Assembly: GCF_963921235.1 (NCBI RefSeq)
Contig: NC_086109.1
Span: 2,108,001-2,172,000 of the forward strand
Direction: 5' to 3'
Length of the DNA stretch: 64,000 nucleotides
Source of the DNA: Mobula hypostoma
Lineage: Eukaryota
The notes beneath the pieces are model-generated. The model was not told where the DNA came from and searched no databases. It worked only from the letters and a program-made list of their open reading frames with translations. Below, one piece after another: positions 48,200-61,470 of this stretch (positions within the stretch are counted from its first letter, which is position 1; each line of letters begins with the position of its first letter). The position numbers and the translations under genes were made by a program.

Positions 48200-50520
48200 G
48201 ATTGTGGTGTTCTATGCTCACAACCCTGATAGGAAACATGCACTCCACATCCACTCTATCCACACCTTTCAATATTTGATTAATTTCAATGAGATCCCCC
48301 TGCATTCTTCTAAACTGCAGCCAGTACAAGCACACACTCATCATATATTAACCCTTTCATCCTTCAGATCATTCTCGTGCACTGTCACTGGGCTGTTGCC
48401 ACAATCTATGGACCCACTTTTAAGACTCTTCATCTCATGTTCTCAATATTTATTGCTTATTTATTTATTTTTCCTTTTGTATTTGTATAATTTGATGTCC
48501 TTTGCACATTGGTATTTGTCCTTCCTGTTGGGTGCTATCTTTTATTGATTCTATCGTGTTTCTTGGATTTATTGTGAACACCCTCAAGAAAATCAATCTC
48601 AGGTTTGTATATGGTGACAGCTATGTACTTTGATAACAAATTTACTTTAAACTTTGGAAGAGAATCCAATGATCCAAGTATCTGAATTCCTCCTCCTGCA
48701 CCATCTCCTTAGCCACATTGTCCTCCTAGTTCTGGCCTCACCAGCATGTGGCAAGAGTCCTTTAACGTAGCACTTCACTCCCTGAATGCACTTTACAGGA
48801 GTTCATCACCCTTTCTGCCTCTGTGACTGGTACTGACGTGGACCCTGACTTCTGGCTCCTCACCTTTCCTGTTAAGAATGCAACGGACTCAGTGATGTCT
48901 CTGACCCTGGCACCTGGAAGGCAACATAACATCTGTTAGTCATGTTTTCATCCACAGAATCTCTTCTGTCCCTTTAACCAGTGAATCCTCTATCACCACT
49001 GTTCACCTCTTCTCCCACCTTCTCTCCGGAGCCACAGAAGTAGACGTTGCCAGAGACCAGACTGCTGTGGCTTTCCTCTATAACAGAGTCCACTAGTATC
49101 CAGAACAGTATGCGTTTCATTGACAGGAACACCCACAATGATTATTCATGCAGTCATAGAAAAGTACAGCACAGAAACACCCCTTTGGCCCAAGTCGTCC
49201 ATGCAAAAAGCAGTTAAACCGCCTATTCGCACTGACCTATCCCATGACCCAACTTAGTTAGACTCCACTTGGAGGACTGTGTTTTATCCCTGGTCACCTC
49301 ACTACAGGAAAAGTGTGGATATTTATAGAGAGTGCAGAGGAGATTTACAAGGATGTTGACTGGATTGGAGAGCATGCCTTATGAGAATAGTTTCAGCGAA
49401 CTTGGCCTTTTCTCCTTGTAGCGACTGAGGATGAGAGGTGACCTGATAGATGATGAGAGGCAATGATTGCCGGGATATCCAGAGGCTTTTTCCCAGGGCC
49501 GAAATGCCTAACAAAAAGGAGCATAGCTTTAAGTTGCATGGAAGTAGGTGCAAGGGGGATGTCAGAAGTAACCACATAGACAGTGGTGGGTGCGTGGAAT
49601 GCACTGCCAGTGATGGTGGTTGAGGTGGATAGAATAGGATCTTTTGAGAAACTCTTAGATAGGTACACTGAATTGAGAAAAATAGAGGGTTATTCAGCAA
49701 GGAAATTCTAGGCAGTTTCTAGTGTAGGTTACATGATCAGCACAACATTGTGGGCAGAAAGTCATATGACGTGCTATCGATGTCTATGTTCGATGGGACC
49801 ATAGTCCTCCATATGTCTACCTATGTGTCAATTCAAACTTCACAGTAACAGTGAAATCAAGCTCATATGCACCAATTGTGCTTCCACACTCTCACAACCC
49901 TCTGAGTGAAAAGGTTTCCCCTCATGTTCCTGTTAAACCTTTCACCTTTAACCTATGACCTCTGGTTGTAGTCCCACCCAACCTCACTAAAGCCTGCTTA
50001 CATTTACTCTATCCATACTCCTCATCATTTTGTATACCTGTGTCAAATCTCTCAATCTTCTACATTCCAGTGAATAAAGTCCTAACCTATTCAATCTTTC
50101 CTTATAATTCAGATCCTCCACACCTGGCAACATCCTTGTAATTTTTTTCTGTACTCTTTCAACCTCAGTTACATCTTTCCTGTAGGTAGGCCTCACCAAT
50201 GTCTTCTTCAACTTCAACATAACATTCAATCACTGGTCCTCAATACTTTTCCCTTTCACTCTCCTGACGGTCACCCAGTTACGTGCATCTGGCAACATAG
50301 GTAAGACTGCCTCCCTGTAATGCTTAATCAAGCAACTTCTCTGTCTCCCGAATGATCCGCAGCTCAACCAGTTCCAGCTCCATTTCCCTAACGTAGTCTG
50401 TAAGAAGTTGCACCCAAGTGCACTTCTTGCAAATGTGATCATTGGGGACACTGGAGCTCAGCCCGACTTCCCACATTGTACAGGAGGGGCAAGCCACTTC
50501 CTTGGGTTCCATTCTCACTG
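48200..50520. mobile_element. Cluster of CR1 fragments in both orientations (3' ends and ORF1 pieces)
   Basis: ERVQKKITRMLPG..YKERLNRLGLYSLE (49987..50229, minus); ORF1 zinc finger VACPSCTMWEV...HICKKC (50324..50518, minus); plus-strand 3' end 49280-49800. Confidence 0.75.
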
Positions 50521-50589
50521 ATCTGCCTGTGCAATAATAAAGAAAGAGATCTCCATAGAAACCGTGAGCTGCCTCTATCTCGGCACCAA

Positions 50590-51915
50590 AGTCTTTTCTC
50601 GGTGGGTTGTCATTTGGGATGAGGGTGTTGTCATTTTCAACTAACTTAACAACGTTCTGGATGAGAACAATACTCTAGAGAAGTTTCAGAGCAAACCACT
50701 GGGTGGAGACAGCCCTCACCAAAATTGTCTGTGACCTTCGGCTCAGCACCGATGCCGACAGGGTCTTAGTTCTCATTCTCCTCAATCTACTTTCAGTGCT
50801 GCCTTCAACCCAATTGAACATAACATTCTCTGAGATCACCTTGAGAACTGGGTTCACCTCACTGGTGTTGCCCTTAATGTATCTCAGAAAGAAAATTAAT
50901 TGTCTGTCTTTGTGACCATTTCTCTAAGAGATACGATGTAGCTTTTGGTGCTCAGGGAAGCTGCCTTGGTCCCCTACTCTTCTCCTTGTACATCCTCCCC
51001 TCAGGAGACATCATCAGAGAGCGTAAACTTGATTTCCACAATTGTATCTCTCAGTCGAGCCTGACGATAACACCCTATCTTTGACTTCTGGTACAGCTTC
51101 AATAAACAAAAGGATGAGCAATAATTTCCTGAAACTAAATGAAGGTAAAACTGAAATATTTCTGGTTGGTCCCAGAGCCAAAAGAGATAAACTTCTTCAT
51201 AAACTTGGGAACTTGGCTCCCCTTGTAAAATCAGAAGTAACAAATCTGGGAGTCTTCCTTGATTCAGATTTGCAGATTCAATCCCGCATAAAGAAAGTGA
51301 CCAGAGCAGCATTTCTACACTTAGAAACATTGCAAAGGAACATCCATTTCTGTATCGTAATGATGCTGGAAAACTAATTCACACCCTTACATTAAATAGA
51401 CTAGATTACAGCAATGCAATTTTTACTGGCCATCCAATGCTGTCTATTGATAAACTTCAACTTATTTAGAACACCACTGCTAGACTTTCAACTAAAACCA
51501 GGATGAGAGAGCATATCACTCCCATCCTAATTATTTAGCATTGGCTCTTGTATCTTTTAGAATTGATTTTAAAATTCTATAACTTTTGTTTTTAAAGCTC
51601 TCAATGGTCCGGGACCAGAGGATGCCAGAATTACTTTTGTTTTATAATTCTGCTTGAGCTCTCAGGTCTTCTTCAGCTGGTGTCTTGAATTTCAATGAAA
51701 ACTGGTAGGTCATCTTTTTTAAAGTACATTGCCTATCTGTGGAACTCAGTACCTACAATGAAAAGGGATGCAGACTCGCTGACACTTTCAAACCTATTTA
51801 TTCAACCTCACTTTTAACTAACATCTTTTTGTTTTTTATTTTTATGTTTGCACTTGTAAAACACTTTGAACTACATTGTCTGCACAAAGAGCGCTGTATA
51901 AATAAGTTATTATTG
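50590..51915 (+). mobile_element. Degraded L2-clade LINE, RT to 3' end
   Basis: ETALTKIVCDLRL..D....LILLNL; NNFLKLNEGKTE...VTNLGVFLDSDL; end gagcgctgtataaataagttattatt. Confidence 0.8.
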
Positions 51916-52169
51916 TGGGGTTGAAGTGTTGCTTGGATGAGGAATATTGTTGTCTGTGTGCAGATTTTTTTCACCAGAGGTGTTCATGTCATTGTGATTG
52001 GATGTTGATTGATCTTGAGTGTGGTGTTTTTCGATGAGATTGTCATTTCGGGGTTGAGATATTTTTTATATATTGGTTTATATTTACCGTAGGGTTACTG
52101 ATTGAAGTGCAGTATTGTTTGGGGATCAGGAGTTGTTGGGAACCAGGGGTTGTTTGAGAGTGGGACTGG

Positions 52170-52740
52170 GGTGTCTTTATTGTGCAATGAGGGTCAATGG
52201 AGGTCAGAAGTGGGGATGTTCACTGGTGACTGCACAATGTTCAGTTCCATTCACACGTCAGCAGGTGAAGCAGCCCGTCTGCATGCAGTAAGCCCAGGAC
52301 AACAGTCAGACACAGGCTGAGAAGTGACAGGTAACATTCACACCACACATGTACCAGGCAGTGACCATCTCCAACAAGAGAGAGTCTGACCACCTCCCTC
52401 TGACATCCCCATTGTCCAGTTCCCACCATGAACACACTGGGGTCAGCACTGAAACTGACCAGAAACTCACGGGACCAGTCACATCAACATCATGGGGTCA
52501 CCATTGACCAGAAACTCACGGGACCAGTCACATCAACACACCAGGGTCACCGCTGAACAGAACCTCAACTGGACCAGTCACATCAACACCATGTCTACAG
52601 CAGCAGGTCAGAGACTGGGGATCCTGTGGGAGTGACTCATCTCTTCACACCCCAACACCTTTCCCCCATCAACAAGTCAGCAGTGTGATGGAACACTCTC
52701 CACTTACCTGGGTGAGGTCAGCTCCAGCAACACTCTAAGG
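52170..52740 (+). mobile_element. Decayed LINE RT C-terminal fragment with an internal triplication (~52438-52595)
   Basis: FTGDCTMFSSI motif; three copies of gggtcaccattgaccagaaactcac-ggaccagtcacatcaac (LGVTIDQKL.WTSHIN-like). Confidence 0.55.
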
Positions 52741-53312
52741 ACTGAATCATCCTCCCTATCTTTGTAACCCTCTCTGGCCCCTGGGCCCCTACCCCACTCT
52801 GTAACCCCTTACAGCTTCATGAATGTCCAACAACAGAATAATATTTTAGGTTACAATAGGTACATTTAATGTCAGAGAAATGTATAAAATATACATCCTG
52901 AATTCTTTTTCTTTGCAAACATCCACGAAAAGAGTGCCCCAAAGAATGAATGACAGTTAAATGTTAGAACTCCAACACCCCCCGCATCTCCCCCCCATGC
53001 ATAAGCAGCAGCAATGATCACCCCCTCCCCCATCAGCAAAAAAGCATTGGCACCCCCCACCGAGCACTCAAGCGCGCAGCAAAGCATCAATAAAGACACA
53101 GACAAGCAGTACCCCAAAGACTGGTTTTAGAACGGTTCTTTAATGTTATTGTATGTTTACATATTTCGAGCAGAGAGTGAAAATCTGAAGCAACAGTTGG
53201 AAATGATGGAAGACCTGGGAAGGTAAGCCAGTATCTAGTACACACTGTTCCGATGGAGTGGGTGTCTATGAGCTGTGTTCTCCACCAGGTCGACTGTTCA
53301 AAGGTTGTGTCA

Positions 53313-53323
53313 CTATCGGATCT
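53313..53323 (-). CDS. Possible terminal coding exon of gene B (E-I-R-stop), 3' UTR to ~53120
   Basis: Strong acceptor ctcacctctgctctctgtctcag|AG; phase 1 gives GAG ATC CGA TAG; ATTAAA at 53144-53139. No transcript evidence. Confidence 0.4.
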
Positions 53324-53399
53324 CTGAGACAGAGAGCAGAGGTGAGGAGGCCCCATCAGTGCCTTTCCCGATTGACACATACATCCCTCCAATCCACTG

Positions 53400-56300
53400 C
53401 CTCAGCCCCTCCACTCCTCCTCCCTGCTCCCCCAGACCCTACCCTCCTCCTCCCTGCTCCCCAGACCCTCCCCTTCTCCTCCCTACTCCCCAGACCCTCC
53501 CCTCCTCCTCCCTGCTCCCCCAGACCCTCCCATCCTCCTCCCTACTCCCCTAGACCCTCCCCTCCTCCTCCCTACTCCCCCAGACCCTCCCCTTCTCCTC
53601 CTTACTATCCCAGACACTCCCCTCCTCCTCCCTACTCCCCCAGACCCTCCCCTCCTCTCCTCCTCCTTACTATCCCAAACATTCCCCTCCTCCTCCCTAC
53701 TCCCCCAGACCCTCCCTCCTCCTCCCTACTCCCCCAGAAACTCCCCTCCTCCTCCCTACTCTCACAGACCCTCCCTTCCTCCTCCTTACTATCCCAGCCA
53801 CTCCCCTCCTCCTCCCTACTCCCAGAACCTCCCCTCCTCCACCTTATTCACAGAACCTCCCCTTCGCCTCCCTACTCCCCCAGAAACTCCCCTCCTCCTC
53901 CCTACTCTCCCAGACCCTCCCCTCCTCCTCACTACTCCCAGAACCTCCCATCCTCCACCTTCCTCTCACAGAACCTCCCCTCCTCCTCCCTACTCCCCAG
54001 ACCCTCCTCTCCTCCTCCCTGCTCTCCCAGACCCTCCCCTTCTCCTTCCTATTCACACAGACCCTCCTCTCCTCCTCCCTACTCCCCCAGATCCTCCCAT
54101 TTTCCTCCACTGCAGACACACCCCTCCCCACCTCCTCCGTACTCTCCCAGACCATCCCCTCGTCCTCCCTACTCCCCCAGACACTCCCTTCCTCCTCCCT
54201 ACTCCCCCAGAAACTCCCCTCCTCCTCCCTACTCTCACAGACCCTCCCTTCCTCCTCCTTACTATCCCAGCCACTCCCCTCCTCCTCCCTACTCCCAGAA
54301 CCTCCCCTCCTCCACCTTATTCACAGAACCTCCCCTTCGCCTCCCTACTCCCCCAGAAACTCCCCTCCTCCTCCCTACTCTCCCAGACCCTCCCCTCCTC
54401 CTCACTACTCCCAGAACCTCCCATCCTCCACCTTCCTCTCACAGAACCTCCCCTCCTCCTCCCTACTCCTCAGACCCTCCTCTCCTCCTCCCTGCTCTCC
54501 CAGACCCTCCCCTTCTCCTTCCTATTCACACAGACCCTCCTCTCCTCCTCCCTACTCCCCCAGATCCTCCCATTTTCCTCCACTGCAGACACACCCCTCC
54601 CCACCTCCTCCGTACTCTCCCAGACCATCCCCTCGTCCTCCCTACTCCCCAGACACTCCCTTCCTCCTCCCTACTCCCCCAGACCCTCCCCTCCTCCTCC
54701 CAACTCCCCACACTCCCCTCCTCCTCCCTACTCCCAGACCCTCCCCTCCTCCTTTTTCCCCAGACCCTCCCTACTCCCCAGACCTTCCCCTCCTCCTCCC
54801 TACTCACCCAGAACGTCCCCTCTTCCTCCCTACTCACCCAGAACGTCCCCTCCTCCTCCCTACTCACCCAGACCCTCCCCTCCTCCTCCCTACTCACCCA
54901 GACCCTCCCCTCCTCCTCCCTACTCACCCAGACCCTCCCCTCCTCACTCCACAGACACTCTCCTCCTTCTCCATACTCTCCCACACCCTCCCCTCCTCCT
55001 CTCTATTCCCCAAGACCCTCCCCCCCTACTCTCCCAGAACTTCCCTCCTCCTGCCTGCTCCCCCAGAAACTCCCCTCCTCCTCCCTGCTCCCCCAGACCC
55101 TCCCCTCCTCCTCCCTACACTCCCAGACCCTCCTCTCCTCCTCCCTGCTCCCCCAGAAACTCCACTCCTCCTCCCCAGACCATCCCCTCCTCTTCCCTAC
55201 TCCCCAGACACTCCCACCCTCCTCTCTACTCTCCCAGACCATCCCCTCGTCCTCCCTACTCCCCCAGACACTCCCTTCCTCCTCCCTGCTCCCCCAGACC
55301 CTCCCCTCCTCCTCCCAACTCCCCCAGTCCTTCCCCTCCTCCTCTCTACTCCCCCAGACATTCCCCTCCTCCTCGCTACTCCCCCGACCCTCCCCACCTC
55401 CTCCCGCAGAACCTCCCCTCCACTTCCCTAGTCTAACAGACCCACCCCTCCTCAGATGCTCCCCTCCACCTCTCTACTCCCCCAGACCTTCCCCTCCCCT
55501 CCTCCCCCCCACTACCCAGACCCTCCCATCCTCCTCCCTACTCCCCAGACCCTCCCCTCCTCCTCCCTACTCACCCAGACCCTCCCCTCCTCCTCCCTAC
55601 TCACCCAGACCCTCCCCTCCTCACTCCACAGACACTCTCCTCCTTCTCCATACTCTCCCACACCCTCCCCTCCTCCTCTCTATTCCCCAAGACCCTCCCC
55701 CCTACTCTCCCAGAACTTCCCCTCCTCCTGCCTGCTCCCCCAGAAACTCCCCTCCTCCTCCCTGCTCCCCCAGACCCTCCCCTCCTCCTCCCTACACTCC
55801 CAGACCCTCCTCTCCTCCTCCCTGCTCCCCCAGAAACTCCACTCCTCCTCCCCAGACCATCCCCTCCTCTTCCCTACTCCCCCAGACCCTCCCACCCTCC
55901 TCTCTACTCTCCCAGACCATCCCCTCGTCCTCCCTACTCCCCCAGACACTCCCTTCCTCCTCCCTGCTCCCCCAGACCCTCCCCTCCTCCTCCCTCTCCC
56001 CCAGAAACTCCACTCCTCCTCCCCAGACCATCCCCTTCTCTTCCCTACTCCCCCAGACCCTCCCACCCTCCTCTCTACTCTCCCAGACCATCCCCTCGTC
56101 CTCCCTACTCCCCCAGACACTCCCTTCCTCCTCCCTACTCCCCCAGACCCTCCCCTCCTCCTCCCAACTCCCCAGACACTCCCCTCCTCCTCCCTACTCC
56201 CTAGACCCTCCCCTCCTTTTTCCCCAGACCCTCCGCTGCTCCTCCCTACTCCCCAGACCTTCCCCTCTTCCTCCCTACTCACCCAGAATGTCCCCTCCTC

Positions 56301-59300
56301 CTCCTACTCACCCAGACCCTCCCCTCCTCCTCCCTACTCACCCAGACCCTCCCCTCCTCCTCCCTACTCACCCAGACCCTCCCCTCCTCACTCCACAGAC
56401 AGTCTCCTCCTTCTCCATACTCTCCCAGACCCTCCCCTCCTCCTCTCTATTCCCCAAGACCCTCCCCCTCCTCTCCCAGAACTTCCCCTCCTCCTGCCTG
56501 CTCCCCCAGACCCTCCCCTCCTCCTCCCTGCTCCCCCAGAAACTCCACTCCTCCTCCCCAGACCCTCCCCTCCTCTTCCCTACTCCCCCAGACCCTCCCC
56601 TCCTCCTCCCTACTCTCCCAGACCCTCCCCTCCTCCTCCCTGCTCCCCCAGAAACTCCCCTCCTCCTCCCTGCTCCCCCAGACCCTCCCCTCCTCCTCCC
56701 AACTCCCCCAGTCCTTCCCCTCCTCCTCCATACTCCAGCGGACACTCCACTCCTCCTCCCTACTATACCAGACCCTCCCCTCCTCCTCCCTACTCCCCAG
56801 ACTCTCCACTCCTCCTCTTTACTCCCCCAGACATTCCCCTCCTCCTCGCTACTCCCCCGACCCTCCCCACCTCCTCCTGCAGAACCTCCCCTCCACTTCC
56901 CTAGTCTAACAGACCCACCCCTCCTCAGATGCTCCCCTCCACCTCTCTACTCCCCCAGACCTTCCCCTCCCCTCCTCCCCCCCACTACCCAGACCCTCCC
57001 ATCCTCCTCCCTACTCCCCAGACCCTCCCCTCCTCCTCCCTACTCTCCCAGACACTCCCCTCCTCCTCCCTACTCCCCAGACCCTCTACTCCTCCTCCCT
57101 ACTCTCCCAGACTCTTCCCTCCTCCTCCCAACTCCTCAGACACTCCCCTCCTCCTCCCTACTCCCCGGACCCTCCCCTACTCCTCAGACCCTTCCCTACT
57201 CCTCCCAACTCTCCAGACACTCCCCACCTCCTCCCTACTCCCCCAGACACTCCCTTCCTCCTCCCTACTCCCCAGACCCTCCCCTTCCTCCTCCCTACTC
57301 CCCAGACCCTCCCCTTCCTCCTCCCTACTCCCCAGACCCTCCCCTTCCTCCTCCCTACTCCCCCAGACCCTCCCCTTCCTCCTCCCTACTCCCCCAGACA
57401 CTCCCCTCCTCCTCCCTACTCCCCCACACTCCCCTCCTCCTCTCTATTCCCCCAGACCCTCCCCTCCTCCTCACTACTCTCCCAGACCCTCCCCTCCTCC
57501 TCCCCAGACTCTCCCCTGCTCCTCCCTACTCCCCAGACCTTCCCCTCCTCCTCCCTACTCCCCAGACCATCCCCTCCTCCTCCCCAGACTCTCCCCTCCT
57601 CTTCCCTAGTCTAACAGACCCACCCCTCCTCCTCAGATGCTGCCCTCCTCCTCCCTACTCCCCAGTCCCTCCCCTCCCCTCCTCCGCCCCACTCCCTAGA
57701 CCCTCCCATCCTCCTCCCTACTCCCCCAGACACACCCCTCCTCCTCCCTACTCCCCCAGACACTCCCCACCTCCTCCCTACTCCCCCAGACCATCCCCTC
57801 CTCCTCCCTACTCCCCAGATACTCCCCTCCTCCTCCCCCACACTCCCCTCCTCCTCCCTACTCCCAGAACCTCCCCTCCTCCACCTTCCTCTCGCAGAAC
57901 CTCCCCTCCTCCTCCCTACTCCCCCAGTCCCTCCCCTCCTCCTTCCTATTCACACAGACCGTCCCCTCCACCTCCCTACTCCCCCAGACACTCCGCTCCT
58001 CCTCCCTCAGACACTCCCTTCCTCCTCCCTACTCCCCTCCTCCTCCCCCACACTCCCCTCCTCCTCCCTACTCCCAGAACCTCCCCTCCACCTTCCTCTC
58101 GCAGAACCTCCCCTCCTCCTCCCTACTCCCCCAGACCCTCCCCTCCTCCTTCCTATTCACACAGACCGTCCCCTCCACCTCCCTACTCCCCCAGACACTC
58201 CGCTCCTCCTCCCTCAGACACTCCCTTCCTCCTCCCTACTCCCCCACACTCCCCTCCTCCTCCGTACTCCCAGAACCTCCTCTCCTCCTCCCTACTCCCC
58301 AGACCCTCCCCTCCTCCTCCCTATTCATCCAGACCCTCCCCTCTTCCTCCCTACTCACCCAGACCCTCCCCTCCTCCTCCCCAGACCCTCCCCTCTTCTT
58401 CCCTACTCCCCCAGACCCTCCCCTCCTTCTCCATACTCTCCCAGACCCTCCCTTCCTCCTCTCTATTCCCCCAGACCTTCCCCTCCTCCTCCCTACTCCC
58501 CAGACCATCTCCTCCTCCTCCCCAGACCCTCTCCTCCTCTTCCCTACTCTCCCAGACCCTCCCCTCCTTCTCCATACTCCCGCAGACACTCCACTCCTCC
58601 TCCCTACTATACCAGACCCTCCCCTCCTCCTCCCTACTCCCCAGACTCTCCACTCCACCTCTCTACTCCCCCAGACATTCCCCTCCTCCTCGCTACTCCT
58701 CTGACCCTCCCCACATCCTCCCGCAGAACCTCCCCTCCACTTCCCTAGTCTAACAGACCCACCCCTCCTCCTCAGATGCTGCCCTCCTCCTCCCTACTCC
58801 CCAGTCCCTCCCCTCCCCTCCTCCTTCCTATTCACACAGACCGTCCCCTCCACCTCCCTACTCCCCCAGACACTCCGCTCCTCCTCCCTCAGACACTCCC
58901 TTCCTCCTCCCTACTCCCCCACACTCCCCTCCTCCTCCGTACTCCCAGAACCTCCTCTCCTCCTCCCTACTCCCCAGACCCTCCCCTCCTCCTCCCTATC
59001 CATCCAGACCCTCCCCTCTTCCTCCCTACTCACCCAGACCCTCCCCTCCTCCTCCCCAGACCCTCCCCTCTTCTTCCCTACTCCCCCAGACCCTCCCCTC
59101 CTTCTCCATACTCTCCCAGACCCTCCCTTCCTCCTCTCTAGTCCCCCAGACCCTCCCCTCCTCCTCACTACTCTCCCAGACCCTCCCCTCCTCCTCCCCA
59201 GACTCTCCCCTGCTCCTCCCTACTCCCCAGACCTTCCCCTCCTCCTCCCTACTCCCCAGACCATCCCCTCCTCCTCCCCAGACCCTCTCCTCCTCTTCCC

Positions 59301-61075
59301 TACTCTCCCAGACCCTCCCCTCCTTCTCCATACTCCCGCAGACACTCCACTCCTCCTCCCTACTATACCAGACCCTCCCCTCCTCCTCCCTACTCCCCAG
59401 ACTCTCCACTCCACCTCTCTACTCCCCCAGACATTCCCCTCCTCCTCGCTACTCCTCTGACCCTCCCCACATCCTCCCGCAGAACCTCCCCTCCACTTCC
59501 CTAGTCTAACAGACCCACCCCTCCTCCTCAGATGCTGCCCTCCTCCTCCCTACTCCCCAGTCCCTCCCCTCCCCTCCTCCGCCCCACTCCCCAGACCCTC
59601 CCAACCTCCTCCCTACTCCCCCAGACACTCCCTTCCTCCTCCCTACTCCCCCACACTCCCCACCTCCTCCCTACTCCCAGAACCTCCCCTCCTCCTCCCA
59701 ACTCTCCAGACACTCCCCTCCTCCTCCCTACTCCCCCAGACACTCCCTTCCTCCTCCCAACTCCCCCAGACACTCCCTTCCTCCTCCCTACTCCCCCACA
59801 CTCCCCTCCTCCTCCCTACTCCCAGAACCTCCCCTCCTCCTTCCTATTCACACTGACTGTCCCCTCCACCTCCCTACTCCCCCAGACCCTCCCCTCCTCC
59901 TCCCTACTCCCCAGACACTCCCCTCCTCCTCGCTACTCCCCCAGACACTCCCCACCTCCTCCCTACTCCCCCAGACCATCCCCTCCTCCTCCCTACTCCC
60001 CAGACTCTCCCCTCCTCCTCCCTACTCCCAGAACCTCCCCTCCTCCACCTTCCTCTCACAGAACCTCCCCTCATCCTCCCTACTCCCCTAGACCCTCCCC
60101 TCCTCCTCCCTACTCCCCAGACACTCCCCTCCTCCTCCCTCAGACACTCCCTTCCTCCTCCCTACTCCCACAGACACTCCCCACCTCCTCCCTACTCCCC
60201 CAGACACTCCCCACCTCCTCCCTACTCCCCCACTCTCCTTCACCTCCCTACTCCCCAGACCCTTCCCTCCTCCTCCCTACTCCCCAGACCCTCCCCTCCT
60301 CCTCCCTACTCACCGAGACCCTCCCCTCCTCCTCCCCAGACCCTCCCCTCTTCTTCCCTACTCCCCCAGACCCTCCCTTCCTTCTCCATACTCTCCCAGA
60401 CCCTCCCTTCCTCCTCTCTATTCCCTCAGACCCTCCCCTCCTCCTCACTACTCTCCCAGACCCTCCCCTCCTCCTCCCTACTCCCCAGACCCTCCCCTGC
60501 TCCTCCCTTCTCCCCAGACCCTCCCCTCCTCCTCCCCAGACTCTCCCCTGCTCCTCCCCACTCCCCAGACCTTCCACTCCTCCTCCCTACTCTCCAGACC
60601 ATCCCCTCCTCCTCCCCAGACCCTCCCCTCCTCTTCCCTACTCCCCCAGACCCTCCCCTCCTTCTCCATACTCTCCCAGACCCTCCCTTCCTCCTCTCTA
60701 TTCCCCCAGACCCTCCCCTCCTCCTCCCTACTCCCCAGACTCTCCCCTGCTCCTCCCTTCTTCCCAGACCCTCCCCTCCTCCTCCCCAGACTCTCCCCTG
60801 CTCCTCCCTACTCCCCAGACCTTCCACTCCTCCTCCCTACTCCCCAGACCATCCCCTCCTCCTCCCCAGACCCTCCCCTTCCCTACTCCCCCAGACCCTC
60901 CCCTCCTTCTCCATACTCTCCCAGACCCTCCCCTCCTCCTCCCTACTCCCCCTGACCCTCCCCTCCTCCTCCCATTCCCAAAGCCCCTCCCCTACTCCCC
61001 AGACCCTCCGCCCCTCCTCCCTACTCCCCCAGACACTCCCCTCCTCCTCCTCCCCCCATTCCCAATGCCCCTCCC
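53400..61075. repeat. ~7.7-kb C/T-rich satellite, ~29-30-bp unit (ccccagaccctcccctcctcctccctact), with higher-order blocks
   Basis: Directly visible. Block marker cttccctagtctaacagacccaccc recurs at ~55425, 56900, 57605, 58742 and 59500. Confidence 0.97.
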
Positions 61076-61079
61076 TCAC

Positions 61080-61265
61080 CTCCGCCCCATCATCACATGT
61101 ATCCTTCTTGATGCCTTTCCCATCGGGGTGGACTTGCATGAGTGACAATGATGCCAGAGTTTACAGAGCAAAGATGACCCCGGATTATATACAGTACGGC
61201 ACACGCAATGATCAAACTGAGTATCACAATGGGAATTATAAAACCAGTGTGTGACGATCTGTAAT
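61080..61265 (-). CDS. Gene B second TM-like exon (D)YRSSHTGFIIPIVILSLIIACAVLYIIRGH...EGYM*
   Basis: Acceptor ccagtgccag|AT at 61266/61265; stop at 61095-61093; donor GGAG|gtgagg at 61080/61079; 186 nt; DNA clearly homologous to the neighbouring TM exon. Confidence 0.55.
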
Positions 61266-61317
61266 CTGGCACTGGTTGTGTGTGGGCGGGGGGGGGGGGG
61301 TTGGGGAAGGCACCTAC

Positions 61318-61470
61318 CGTCAGATGTTCCGGATTTCTTTCCCATACATTTGTCCCAGTGTGAGCGAAGATACGCCCTCTTTCTATATATACAGCAACAC
61401 ACAAGTAACAGAATGAGTATCACAATGACGGGAATGATCCAAGCAGCGGGTGACGATCTGACACCAGGAT
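61318..61470 (-). CDS. Gene B transmembrane exon (D)PGVRSSPAAWIIPVIVILILLLVCCCIYRKRAYLRSHWDKCMGKKSGTSD
   Basis: Acceptor cttttctcctccccag|AT, donor GACG|gtaggt; 153 nt, phase 1-1; paralogous to 3743-3928. Confidence 0.85.

Noticed and set aside
53400-61075. A true immunoglobulin class-switch region
   Set aside because: No constant-region exons are nearby, AGCT palindromes are essentially absent, and S-region switching is not established in cartilaginous fish. Kept only as an R-loop/G4 hypothesis.
53258-61145. 1831-aa, 482-aa and 537-aa Pro/Ser-rich extensin-like ORFs and the Gly/Arg/Glu-rich antisense ORFs
   Set aside because: The satellite is almost free of G on the plus strand, so stops are rare in every frame. 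The peptide switches among the three frame translations of one unit, with no splice or signal context.
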